DNA from: an uncultured bacterium
GTDB taxonomy: Bacteria > UBA8481
Assembly: GCA_964499705.1 (NCBI GenBank)
Contig: CAZCME010000006.1
Coordinates: 62,001 to 126,000, forward strand
Direction: 5' to 3'
Length of the DNA stretch: 64,000 nt
Below the pieces are notes generated by a model that worked only from the letters and a program-made list of their open reading frames with translations, did not search any database and was not told where the DNA came from. Within the stretch, counting starts at the first letter, position 1. Every line of letters begins with the position of its first letter. The position numbers and the translations under genes were made by a program. Positions 38,510-48,005 of this stretch are shown here, one piece after another.

Positions 38510-39387
38510 CAGAACGTCACCTTGAAGACGAGATCCTGGAAATCCGCCGCGGATGAAGAGGTGTTGTTCGTGCCCAGTTCCATCAGGTAGAGAACTTCAT
38601 TTTCTCCGATCGTGACCTGCTTCGTGACAGGATCGATCACGCTCTCCAGGAAAGCCTTGATCGCCGGTTGCTGCGAGAAAGGCGTCTTGTCCGGCACGTA
38701 ATCTCCGTTTTTCAAAGGAATGATCATGGGATTACTGGTCGTCGTAGTCTTCGTGTAAAGGGTGGCGCCCGACGTCGGGTTGTAGGACTTTCCGCGGAAA
38801 TCGATCTGTGTTCCCGCGGGCAGTGTCGTCAATTGCGATCCGGATGTCGGCGTGACTTCGGAACCCTTGCCGTAGAAGATCGTGGCCGGAACTCCGCCCA
38901 TGATCGTCTCGAGCCGCACCGGCACTTCCGGCCCGCCCGCGCCATACTGGATGGCGGATCCGAGGATGGAGATCTTGGGGGCGGCCGGAGCGTCAAACTG
39001 GAGCGCGCCGCTGGGGAGGATGGTGAAGGGAGGTACATAGGGTGCGGGATCCTCCGCGACAGGCTGATCCGCCGGAGCTCCGTCCTCATCGGCGGGGGCA
39101 TCGCCGGCAGGAGGCGCGGCCGCGTCAGCAGGCGCATCATCATCGTAAACGGCAAGATCACCGGCCAGGGTCGCCTGCCCCTGGCCGGCGGAACCCTCGA
39201 TTCCGAATTGCTCCGCCCAGAGTGGTTTCAACGCGGGGAAGACGACAAAGACGGTCGCCGATACAAGAGTGACTATGATGCCATATTCAACCGTGGTTGC
39301 GCCCCTTTGGTGGCAATGGTGCCGGGATAAAACGTCCTCCTTCGACTCGCTCAATTCGAACTTTCCGCTCATCCTCGTCATCGCCAT
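38509..39387 (-). CDS. Flp-prepilin-like protein with Asp/Ala/Pro linker and C-terminal beta-rich domain
   Basis: RG|ATTVEY plus hydrophobic helix, SAGQGQATLA, DAPAD linker, C-terminal DFQDLVFKVTF; start 39387 or 39429. Confidence 0.75.
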   Translation of the reverse strand: MAMTRMSGKFELSESKEDVLSRHHCHQRGATTVEYGIIVTLVSATVFVVFPALKPLWAEQFGIEGSAGQGQATLAGDLAVYDDDAPADAAAPPAGDAPADEDGAPADQPVAEDPAPYVPPFTILPSGALQFDAPAAPKISILGSAIQYGAGGPEVPVRLETIMGGVPATIFYGKGSEVTPTSGSQLTTLPAGTQIDFRGKSYNPTSGATLYTKTTTTSNPMIIPLKNGDYVPDKTPFSQQPAIKAFLESVIDPVTKQVTIGENEVLYLMELGTNNTSSSAADFQDLVFKVTF

Positions 39388-39452
39388 CGGAGCACGCTCC
39401 CTTTCATTTCCCCTTTGAAAACATGACATCGACTTTAGTCATTTCATGGAAG

Positions 39453-39469
39453 AGCAAGGGCGATGCCAA
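39453..39469 (-). promoter_or_regulatory. Sigma-54 (-24/-12) promoter of the pilin-like/TPR/TPR/small TM/GT2 operon
   Basis: TTGGCATCGCCCTTGCT. Confidence 0.8.
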
Positions 39470-39569
39470 GCAAAGTCACATTGAAATCACTGCGGTTAGA
39501 CATTAATTGCCATTGGCCGTCCTGCGGAAGTGGGGAGGGTTGCCCCGTCCATTGGGGAATCAGATAACC

Positions 39570-39605
39570 TTGACATGTGGAGCTGTGCGCACGTACACTG
39601 TGTAA
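39570..39605 (+). promoter_or_regulatory. Sigma-70-type promoter with overlapping operator palindrome; probably leaderless transcript
   Basis: TTGACA (39570-39575), N18, TACACT (39594-39599); TACAC-T-GTGTA dyad at 39594-39604; ATG 6 nt after the -10 with no RBS. Confidence 0.7.
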
Positions 39606-39854
39606 ATGAAGAACGTTACTCTTTCCATGGATGAGGATCTCCTCAAAGCCGGCCGCGACTATGCGCGACGAATGCATATGTCATTCAATGCGCTGGTTCG
39701 AAAGCTGGTCGCGGAAACTGTCTTGCCGGAGCAGAACAAAGGGTTTACTGCGGAATCCATTCGACTGATGGAAGAAGCGAGCTGCGATTTCGGCGGATGG
39801 AAATGGAATCGAGAAGAAATCCAGCGCTATCCGAATCCGAATCGTGAAAAGTGA
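39606..39854 (+). CDS. Ribbon-helix-helix antitoxin (CopG/DUF6364-like)
   Basis: MKNVTLSMDEDLL...AR...SFNALVR; W.REE C-terminus; overlaps the PIN gene. Confidence 0.85.
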   Translation: MKNVTLSMDEDLLKAGRDYARRMHMSFNALVRKLVAETVLPEQNKGFTAESIRLMEEASCDFGGWKWNREEIQRYPNPNREK

Positions 39855-40261
39855 CCCGGGTATTTCTCGATACCAACATTCTTGTCTACAGCGTGGATGA
39901 CCGCGATCCACGCAAACGCGATATCAGTCTTGGAATCCAGCGTGAACGAATCATCCACGATCATCCGGTGCTATCCACCCAGATCCTGCAGGAATTTTAT
40001 TCCACGGTCACATCGAAAGGTAATATGCATCCTGTCCGGGCGAAAGAAATCATGAAATCCTGGGAGAATATCGAAACCGTCCTCATGACCCCCAGCCACA
40101 TCGTCCACGCCATCGACATCAGCATCATCAACATGATTTCCTTCTGGGACGGCTTGATCCTAGCCGCCGCTGCCAGCGCGCGATGCGCGAAGGTTCTGAC
40201 CGAAGACATGCAACACGGCCAGACGATCGCGGACGTTCTCATCGAGAATCCGTTTCTATAG
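39851..40261 (+). CDS. vapC: PIN-domain toxin (VapC-like)
   Basis: FLDTNILVY, STQILQEF, SFWDGLI, TEDM, NPF. Confidence 0.92.
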   Translation: MTRVFLDTNILVYSVDDRDPRKRDISLGIQRERIIHDHPVLSTQILQEFYSTVTSKGNMHPVRAKEIMKSWENIETVLMTPSHIVHAIDISIINMISFWDGLILAAAASARCAKVLTEDMQHGQTIADVLIENPFL

Positions 40262-40390
40262 ACGGCTCGGAGGGATGATCCGATATGAAGTCGGCCCATC
40301 CTGTTTATTTCCCGCCATCGGATGGGGAACTTCTGCTTCTGACCCGCCCGGCTTGATTTGCAGGGAAGCCTGTGATAGTAAAAGGCTGAT

Positions 40391-41152
40391 TTGACTTCGA
40401 AACATATATTGATCACCGGCGCTTCCCGCGGGCTGGGACAGGTCTGCGCTCATGCCCTCGCCGCCACCGGCGCGACGCTTGTCCTCATGGCGAGAACGGA
40501 GGATCGGTTGCGCGCGGTGGTCGATTCCTGCCAGAACCCGGAGAAGCACCTCGCTGTCGCCGCCGATCTCACAGATGTCAATGAACTGCGCCGGGGAGTG
40601 GAAGAGGCAACGGCGTTTCTGGGCCAGGTCGACGTGGTGCTTCACGTGGCGGGCGGCGGACTCGGTTTACGTGATCCGCTTTTGATGTCCGCCGATCTCA
40701 TGAAACTCTTCACGCTCAATCTCGCGGTGGCCGCGGAGATCAACAGGCTGGTGGCTCCTTCGATGATCGAGAGGAGAACCGGCAACCTGGTGCATGTCTG
40801 CTCCATCGCTTCCGGCGAGGCCACGGCATCCGTCGGATACAACACGGTTAAATCGGCCCTGGCAGCCTACGTGAGGTCACTGGGCCGGGAATTGGCCGGC
40901 GCCGGGGTTGTCGTGACCGGCATCGCGCCCGGCGGTTTCACCGCTCCGGGCAATTCCTGGGAAAGGCTCGCGGCCGAGAAGCCGGCGGTCGTCAGTAAGT
41001 TCGTGGACGAGCGGCTCCCGCGGAAATTCCTGGCGAAGGCGGAAGAATTGATTCCGCTCATTCTCTTTCTGTGCTCGGAGTCGGCTTCCATGATGGGCGG
41101 ATGCCTGGTGCCCATCGATGCCGGAGAAGGAAGGGCGTATGAGAGAGTTTAA
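40391..41152 (+). CDS. Short-chain dehydrogenase/reductase
   Basis: LITGASRGLG, S...YNTVK, IAPG. Confidence 0.9.
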   Translation: MTSKHILITGASRGLGQVCAHALAATGATLVLMARTEDRLRAVVDSCQNPEKHLAVAADLTDVNELRRGVEEATAFLGQVDVVLHVAGGGLGLRDPLLMSADLMKLFTLNLAVAAEINRLVAPSMIERRTGNLVHVCSIASGEATASVGYNTVKSALAAYVRSLGRELAGAGVVVTGIAPGGFTAPGNSWERLAAEKPAVVSKFVDERLPRKFLAKAEELIPLILFLCSESASMMGGCLVPIDAGEGRAYERV

Positions 41153-41825
41153 TGCCTTGCGAGCGTACCCGCAACCGCCGGTCCGGCATGTGGGAACCCA
41201 TATTCGCACCATTCACAGCAGGATCATTGCCTCGTACCGGGGCCACGAATACTACGATGGAGATCGGAAAAACGGGTACGGCGGTTTTCGATACGATGGC
41301 CGCTGGAAAAAAATCGTGGATTCCACGATCAAAGATTATGGTGTCTCCGAAGAAACCTCCCTGCTGCAGATCGGATGCGAAAAAGGATTTCTGCTGCATG
41401 ACTACATGGAGCGGTTCCCCCGGATGAAGATCCGCGGCCATGAGATCTCGTCCTACGCCATCGAGAATGCCATGCCTTCCGTGAAACCGATGATCACTTG
41501 CGGCGGATACGGCTCTCTTCCCTTCAAGGACCATGAGTTCGATTTCGTGATGGCGATGGGAGTCGTCTATACGCTCACACTGGCGGATGCCATCTCCTGC
41601 CTGAAGGAGATCCAGCGCGTCGGCAAGGGAAGGAGTTTCATCACGCTGGGCGCCTTTCGGGATGCGGAGGGGGAGAGGCTCTTCCGGATGTGGACGGTTC
41701 TGGGTGCGACGATTCTCCATGTGGATGACTGGGTCGAGGTCCTGAAGGAAGCCGGCTATACGGGCGATTATCATTTCATGACGTCCGAGTACCTCAATCT
41801 CGCCGACGTTCCTCCGGAGGCTTAG
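41139..41825 (+). CDS. SAM-dependent methyltransferase (type 11, glycan-island family)
   Basis: YYDGDR..GYGGFRYDGRW, IGCEKGFL, EISSYAI, LPFKDHEFD. Confidence 0.85.
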   Translation: MREFNALRAYPQPPVRHVGTHIRTIHSRIIASYRGHEYYDGDRKNGYGGFRYDGRWKKIVDSTIKDYGVSEETSLLQIGCEKGFLLHDYMERFPRMKIRGHEISSYAIENAMPSVKPMITCGGYGSLPFKDHEFDFVMAMGVVYTLTLADAISCLKEIQRVGKGRSFITLGAFRDAEGERLFRMWTVLGATILHVDDWVEVLKEAGYTGDYHFMTSEYLNLADVPPEA

Positions 41826-42869
41826 ATGAAAGCAGCCATACTCGTTGAACTGAATAAGCCTCTTGTAATCGGCGACGTGGAACTTCCGGAGACATTGGAG
41901 TTCGGGCAAATACTCGTCAAGATCCAATACACCAGTATCTGCGGTTCCCAGATCAACGAGATTCTGGGAATGAAGGGGCCCGATAAATTTCTCCCTCACC
42001 TCCTCGGTCATGAGGGATCCGGCATCGTTCAGAAATGCGGGCCCGGAGTTTCGAGGGCGCGACCCGGCGACTCCGTGGTCCTTCACTGGAGAAAGGGGGA
42101 CGGAATTCAGTCCGACACGCCCAAATACCGATGGAATGGTCGGCCGCTCAACGCGGGCTGGATCACCACCTTCAATGAGTACGCCATCGTATCCGAAAAT
42201 CGGGTGACTCCTCTTCCCGCCGGCGCGGATCTCCGAACGGCGGTTCTGTACGGATGCGCCATCACCACCGGTTTCGGAATCGTTCAGAGCGAAGCTTTTC
42301 TCAAGAGCGGGGAATCCATCGTCGTTTATGGCGTCGGCGGCGTCGGATTGGCCGTCGTCCAGGCCGCGTCCCTGGTCTCGGCATGGCCGATCGTGGCCGT
42401 TGATGTCCATGACTTCAAGTTGAAAAAAGCCCTGGAATACGGCGCGACGCATGCGATCAATTCAGCGAAGGAAGACGTCGGCGGCCGGATCGCGGAACTA
42501 TTTCCCGACGGAGTCGACGTCGCGGTGGAAACGACCGGTCTGAACAGCATCAAGGAATTCGTTTACGAGATCACAAGTTCCATCGGCCGCACGGTTTTCG
42601 TCGGCGTGACAAGAGCCGGCGAAAAAGTGAGCATCGACTCCACCCCGCTTCATTTCGGGAAGAAACTCATCCCTTCCTACGGCGGAAGCAGCAATCCGTC
42701 CTACGACATTCCGCGCCTCATCCGCCTTCAGCAATTGAAGCGCTTCAATCTGGATGGCATGATCTCCCATGAATTCCCCCTCGAACGAATCAATGACGCT
42801 CTCGATGCGATGCGCGATGGATCCGCGCTGCGGTGCGTGATCGATATGTCGGGGAAACAGTCCCTCTAA
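41826..42869 (+). CDS. Zn-dependent alcohol dehydrogenase (MDR)
   Basis: ICGS, LGHEGSG, GCAITTG, GVGGVG. Confidence 0.92.
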   Translation: MKAAILVELNKPLVIGDVELPETLEFGQILVKIQYTSICGSQINEILGMKGPDKFLPHLLGHEGSGIVQKCGPGVSRARPGDSVVLHWRKGDGIQSDTPKYRWNGRPLNAGWITTFNEYAIVSENRVTPLPAGADLRTAVLYGCAITTGFGIVQSEAFLKSGESIVVYGVGGVGLAVVQAASLVSAWPIVAVDVHDFKLKKALEYGATHAINSAKEDVGGRIAELFPDGVDVAVETTGLNSIKEFVYEITSSIGRTVFVGVTRAGEKVSIDSTPLHFGKKLIPSYGGSSNPSYDIPRLIRLQQLKRFNLDGMISHEFPLERINDALDAMRDGSALRCVIDMSGKQSL

Positions 42870-42879
42870 AGGACGGTCC

Positions 42880-43332
42880 ATGACGTCACCTCGTGGAGAT
42901 GTCGTCGTCGTCCTCCCGTGGATCGGAAACAAGGTATTGATGCAATTGAGAGATATCCGTCCGGATATCGTTCATCCGGGAGGCTGGGGATTTTTCGGCG
43001 GTTCCGTCGAACCGGGAGAGGCTCCCATCGACGCGGCCAGGAGGGAAATCGCCGAGGAAATCGAGTTCACGCCCTCTGTTCTCCTTCCCCTCTCCACGGA
43101 TCGGATTCCCGAGCTGGATCACCTGGTGTCCCACGCATTTTCCTGTTCCCTGACGTTGCCCCTGGAGAAACTCGTATTGAGGGAGGGGCGTGACTTCGGG
43201 CTCTACTCACAGGAAGAGATCGCATCCGGCGCATTATATTCCAGGATGCTGAACGCGATGTTTCCGGTCATCCCCGTATCCTACATTCCCGATACCGTGA
43301 AGAAGCTCATGGAGCGGCGTCTGAAGTGCTAG
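42880..43332 (+). CDS. NUDIX hydrolase
   Basis: GGSVEPGEAPIDAARREIAEEI Nudix box. Confidence 0.9.
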   Translation: MTSPRGDVVVVLPWIGNKVLMQLRDIRPDIVHPGGWGFFGGSVEPGEAPIDAARREIAEEIEFTPSVLLPLSTDRIPELDHLVSHAFSCSLTLPLEKLVLREGRDFGLYSQEEIASGALYSRMLNAMFPVIPVSYIPDTVKKLMERRLKC

Positions 43333-43339
43333 CGAACGC

Positions 43340-44230
43340 TCAGGCTGGTTTGCCGGTATGCCGCGCATGCACGAGGCAATCCGTTTCCATCGTGTAGAGG
43401 CCGAAAAACCACCGGCCGTTGATGCTGTTCCAGTCCGGCCGAGGCGCATTCTCGTCGATCCGATGTACACCGTGAGCGACCGTCGGGTAATTGATCACGG
43501 CATCCCCGATCTTCGTTATTCCCTCGGATGTGATTTCCCGGCCTTCTCGATCGATGAAGTAGAGACCGCCGGATTGAAAATCTTCGCCCCGCTGCGTCAT
43601 CTGGATGCTCATGATCGTGCGCTGATGGCCCCAGGGATCCTGGTGACGCTCGATATATCCGATGCCCGCGGGATAATGCGCGACAACGATCCGATCGACG
43701 AGTCCGTCGCTCGGGACATTTTGAATGCATTCGTCCGGAGCGAAGCCTCCCCATTTTTTGGTATAGGACCAGAATTCATTGATCATCGGCCAGACGCCGA
43801 ACGGATCCGCGTTATGGCGGAAGAAATAGTAATCGTGGCGCGGATACTTCAACGCGTATTTCTTGACGAGGTCGTCCGTGATGATCCTGTGAAAATTGGG
43901 AACACCGTCCTGCACCTTGTGAAACGACGGAGGACAATTCTGCCCCCACGCATGCAGATCCGCTTTCAGTTTCCGGAGCGAATCGGGATTCACGACGCCC
44001 CGAATGATATAGGCGTCGCCCGCGAACATGGAATCCGTGAATTCCCTGTCGTAGCTGTCGACGAGTTTCTTGAATTCCGGGAATGTGATGGAGCGGAGTT
44101 CCCGCATGAATTGCGGAGCGTGGGACGGGGCCTTGCCGTCGCAGGGGACGTCGCTGGAATTCTCGATCTCCTCCAGGTATTTATTCCCGCCGCCTGTCCA
44201 ATACTTCCGGGATGTTCTGAGATCGGCCAT
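43340..44230 (-). CDS. 2-oxoglutarate/Fe(II)-dependent oxygenase-like protein
   Basis: HQD...GGLYF...HGV...R facial triad pattern; ATG 44230. Confidence 0.7.
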   Translation of the reverse strand: MADLRTSRKYWTGGGNKYLEEIENSSDVPCDGKAPSHAPQFMRELRSITFPEFKKLVDSYDREFTDSMFAGDAYIIRGVVNPDSLRKLKADLHAWGQNCPPSFHKVQDGVPNFHRIITDDLVKKYALKYPRHDYYFFRHNADPFGVWPMINEFWSYTKKWGGFAPDECIQNVPSDGLVDRIVVAHYPAGIGYIERHQDPWGHQRTIMSIQMTQRGEDFQSGGLYFIDREGREITSEGITKIGDAVINYPTVAHGVHRIDENAPRPDWNSINGRWFFGLYTMETDCLVHARHTGKPA

Positions 44231-44246
44231 CGTTACGCGTCGCCTT

Positions 44247-46379
44247 TCATGCCCGCACCGCGGCCGATTGAATATTCGGAGCGAAATACGTGACGCAGGA
44301 ACCGTTCGCTCCTTTTCGCATCGCGTTGAAAACGCGGCTCCCGCGCACATCCAGATAGGATCTCAGGAATCGATCTCTCTCGCCGTGAGACGGCAGCATG
44401 TCCTCGATTTCATAGGTGAAGTTCCCTTCCACAAGCGAAAGCCGCCTCCCCTGTGAAATCTGTTCCACGTATTCTGGAGCATCATATCGAAGCGTGATAT
44501 GTTCGGACGGAGGGCCATCCCAGTGCGCCAGGAAAAAGCGCTGGGTTCTCATGAAATCGGCCAGAATCGCCTCCGGGACGTCGACGCCGCGCTTCTCCAG
44601 GTAGAGGCGGAGCAAGGCGTCCATTTCATGGAAGAAATCCGTCCGGAATCCCAGGGCGATCAGATAGACCGCTTCCGAAGCCGTCCAGTGGTCTTCCTCG
44701 AAACCCGGGATGATCCGCAGATAGTTCTTGTTGTCGTTCAAGAGCCCGTCAATCCGGGCATCCAGGTATCGGACAATCCCCTCCATGCAGGGATGATTTC
44801 CGGAGGCCGCCGCCGAAAGGCAGAAATCAGCGAAGCCCGTGATCGACACTCCATGCTCATTCTTCAGATACATGAGCGGAACGACATAGCTCCGATGGTC
44901 ATAAAGAGCCAGGGTCAGATAGCTCGTCTTGTAGGCCGCTCTCCAGGTTTCATGCGGCATGGTCCTGGTGGCCACGATCACATCTTCATATTCCTCGACC
45001 ACCTTGTCGGTTCCGGCGGTCCGGTAAAAACCGAAGGGAATTCTCCGGGTCTGGATCTCGTGCTCCCTGATCTGCTCCGGCAATGCCATCTCGGTATTCT
45101 CGAGAATCGAGGCGAGATACACGAAGATGTGGTCATCGAGGGAATTCGTGAGCATTTCCTCGATCCCGCTCAGGAAGGATTCATACGTTTCATCGGGAAG
45201 GGGCAGGATCAATTCCGTGAAGGTGGGCATCTCCTCCCGGCTGAAAGCTTCCTTGAGCTCGCGGTAGGTGCTGAGCTTGATATTCGATCGTTTGACGGAT
45301 TTCAGGGTCGACTCGTTCGTGCTCTGAAGGGAAAGCCCGACCTTGAAACCGATGCCTCCGTCGCGGAGCGTCCGGGCATTATGCAGGACTTTCAGGGAGC
45401 TGTTCTTGACCCAGCTGACGGAAAGGTATCTCGGATTTCCGTATTTTTCCTTCGTCGACACGAGGATCTCCGTGATCTCCTGGTCGCGCTTCCGGATGGC
45501 GAAGTTCGCGTCCGCGCAGTTGATGTAGGAGATGCCGTTCCTGCCCATCCAGTCCAGTTCGTCGCGGAGCACGTCGAGATCGAAGTCCCGGACCGCCTGT
45601 CCGATCGCGGCGCCCCAGTTGCAGAACGTGCAGGAGAAGGGACAACCCCGGTTCGTTTCCCAGATGACGCCGGAAAACCAGTCGCTGTGGCGGGCATACA
45701 AGTCGGTGAACGTGCCGTCGAGAAAAGGAGAAGGAATGGCGGCCAGGTCATCGACGAAGGACCTGGCTCCGGTAAAGACATGGTCTCCATTTCCAGAACC
45801 CGCGTCGTTCGCGCGGAACGAAATCCCCTTCACCACCGACCAATCCGGCCTGGAATTGTTCAGCCACGCCAGCGCAATCTCCGCCATCAGGACTTCATCG
45901 CTGTGACAGAGAATGTCCAGGCAGGGATTCCGGCGAAAGAGCGAGGTCTTGCGGTCCGGGAGATCCGGGACGGACGGGCCGCCGAAGACGATCAGGCATT
46001 CGGGATATCGCTCCTTCACCAGGCGCGCCACGGCGAGGCTCAGCTCGATGTTCCACATGTAGGCGGAGAAGGCGACGATGTCCGGATGATCCATCCGGGA
46101 TACGATTTTCGCCGGCGTCTCCCTCAGGAAAAGAATTTCCTCCAGCCGGAATCCCCGGGCGATTTCCGGATTTCTCCGCAGAACCGAGTACAGCCTTCCG
46201 GCCGCGAGCGGCATGAGGTTTTTCGAGAACCCGGTCGCGAACTGGCAGAGATATATGGAAGGTTTGCGGGAGCCGGTCGAGACCGCGGCGGCTCCTGCGC
46301 GATCCTTGGCGCCCGCCGCACTACCAGCCAAGGCTGTTCTGCCAGGCAAGCTTGCTCCATCCGGTCGGTCGGACGCCAT
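44247..46379 (-). CDS. Cobalamin-binding radical SAM protein
   Basis: FSAYMWN, VFGGP, ETNRGCPFSCTFC, DANF. Confidence 0.92.
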   Translation of the reverse strand: MASDRPDGASLPGRTALAGSAAGAKDRAGAAAVSTGSRKPSIYLCQFATGFSKNLMPLAAGRLYSVLRRNPEIARGFRLEEILFLRETPAKIVSRMDHPDIVAFSAYMWNIELSLAVARLVKERYPECLIVFGGPSVPDLPDRKTSLFRRNPCLDILCHSDEVLMAEIALAWLNNSRPDWSVVKGISFRANDAGSGNGDHVFTGARSFVDDLAAIPSPFLDGTFTDLYARHSDWFSGVIWETNRGCPFSCTFCNWGAAIGQAVRDFDLDVLRDELDWMGRNGISYINCADANFAIRKRDQEITEILVSTKEKYGNPRYLSVSWVKNSSLKVLHNARTLRDGGIGFKVGLSLQSTNESTLKSVKRSNIKLSTYRELKEAFSREEMPTFTELILPLPDETYESFLSGIEEMLTNSLDDHIFVYLASILENTEMALPEQIREHEIQTRRIPFGFYRTAGTDKVVEEYEDVIVATRTMPHETWRAAYKTSYLTLALYDHRSYVVPLMYLKNEHGVSITGFADFCLSAAASGNHPCMEGIVRYLDARIDGLLNDNKNYLRIIPGFEEDHWTASEAVYLIALGFRTDFFHEMDALLRLYLEKRGVDVPEAILADFMRTQRFFLAHWDGPPSEHITLRYDAPEYVEQISQGRRLSLVEGNFTYEIEDMLPSHGERDRFLRSYLDVRGSRVFNAMRKGANGSCVTYFAPNIQSAAVRA

Positions 46380-46400
46380 CTGTCTTTTTCCGGCTCTCCG

Positions 46401-48005
46401 CTAAAAACCGAAGCTGACGGGCGCTTTTTCCTGAACGAGCTGGACCCCGGGATAGGTCTGAGCTCCGGGAGAACGATGATCGCCGTGATGCTCCACCACG
46501 GCTTCCACGAGATCGTCCCGACCGCTCCCGTTCTTCTTCCGGGCTAGTTTCCTGAGATTATCCTGGACGCTCTTGAAGGTGTTCTTCCGCAGCGCTTCCA
46601 ATTCTTCGAGCGTGATGCCCATCATTCTCGCGAGCTTTTCCCGCTTGGCAGGCGTCCTGAAATTAATCCGCTCCCATTCGTAGGCGCGCACGATCGTGAT
46701 GTCCTCGACCGTCCACTCGTTGGAAACGATCTGGCTCGTCGACCAGTCCATGTCCTTCATCTGTCCCGTCGTGTCGGCATGTTTGGCGATCAGATTGTTC
46801 TCGATCGCCATCTTCGCAAGCTCGGTGCCCTCGAGCGGCGTCGCGATGAAGAATTTGCAGTAGTCCGGGTCGAGTTCTTCCGCGAACGCGAATGTCTGGC
46901 GGATTTCCTCCCACGTCTCCGTGGGGAATCCGATGATGAAATTGCAGATCAGATCCATGCCGACGTCCTTGATCTTGCGCGCCACTTTCCGCGCGGAATC
47001 CAGCTTCACGGGCTTGTGGATGATGTCCTTCAGGACGCGCGCGGACCCCGATTCGACCGCCAAAGCGACGGAACAACAGCCGGACCGGGCCATGAGTTCG
47101 ATGATTTCCTCATTCATGTGAAAGACCGCGACGGCGTGCGCCTTCCAACTCAGATCCATCTTCAGGTCGATCAGTGCCATGCAGAATTCCTTCACGCGCT
47201 TCTGGTTGATGAAGAAGTTGTCGTCGTCCATCATGAAGGACTTGATGCCGTAATCTTTCTTCAGCCACTGCAGTTCCTTGATGACATTATCGACGCTGCG
47301 GTATCGGAAAGGCCCGCCGGTGATCAATTCGACTTCGCAGAAAGTGCACCCGATCGGACAGCCTCGCGACGTCATCATCCTGGTATACGGATAGACATAA
47401 GGGTGATCCACGGTGACTTTTCCGACCCGGTTCACGTATTCGTGGTAGTTGACCATGTCCCAGGCCGGATACGGAAGGATGTCGAGGTCCTGGATGAAGG
47501 GCGCTCTCCGGACCTTGTCCGGTTGCGTGTGTTCTCCATCTTTGCGGCCCAGAAAACCCGCCGAAGGAAATTCTCCCAGCCCGTTCAAATACTTCAACAG
47601 TTCCGGAAAGACATGCTCGCCTTCGCCGACGCAGATGTAGTCGAAATGGGTGTCGGCGTAAATGGTCTTATAGGAAACAGTCGCGTAGACGCCCCCGATG
47701 ACGTTGATGATATCCGGATTCACTTCCTTGACGTATTGGGCTCCCAGGTGCGCCGATTCCCAATATTCGTTCGTCAGGAGCGTCAAACCGACCAGATCCG
47801 GTTTCAGGTCTTCGATGATCTTCTTGAATTGCTCGGGAGTTTGATCAGAGGCGTTCGCGTCAATCACCGTGACATCGTAATCATTTCGGATCATGGCCCC
47901 CAGAAGGCACAGGTTCATCGGATGAACGTCCCAGCTCGTTTTCCAATTCCAATTGATCCACTTCATGTTGGGTTGAATCAGCGCGATCTTCCTGATGCGG
48001 CTCAT
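46401..48005 (-). CDS. Cobalamin-binding radical SAM protein (class B methyltransferase-like)
   Basis: GGVYAT, GEGE, TSRGCPIGCTFC, DDNF, ESGS, FIIGFPTET; GAGGAG RBS before ATG 48005. Confidence 0.93.
   Translation of the reverse strand: MSRIRKIALIQPNMKWINWNWKTSWDVHPMNLCLLGAMIRNDYDVTVIDANASDQTPEQFKKIIEDLKPDLVGLTLLTNEYWESAHLGAQYVKEVNPDIINVIGGVYATVSYKTIYADTHFDYICVGEGEHVFPELLKYLNGLGEFPSAGFLGRKDGEHTQPDKVRRAPFIQDLDILPYPAWDMVNYHEYVNRVGKVTVDHPYVYPYTRMMTSRGCPIGCTFCEVELITGGPFRYRSVDNVIKELQWLKKDYGIKSFMMDDDNFFINQKRVKEFCMALIDLKMDLSWKAHAVAVFHMNEEIIELMARSGCCSVALAVESGSARVLKDIIHKPVKLDSARKVARKIKDVGMDLICNFIIGFPTETWEEIRQTFAFAEELDPDYCKFFIATPLEGTELAKMAIENNLIAKHADTTGQMKDMDWSTSQIVSNEWTVEDITIVRAYEWERINFRTPAKREKLARMMGITLEELEALRKNTFKSVQDNLRKLARKKNGSGRDDLVEAVVEHHGDHRSPGAQTYPGVQLVQEKAPVSFGF

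Noticed and set aside
44247-48005. B12 radical SAMs as Fom3/PhpK-type phosphonate methylases linked to pepM
   Set aside because: They are more than 30 kb from pepM in a separate operon block with no sequence evidence of linkage; too speculative
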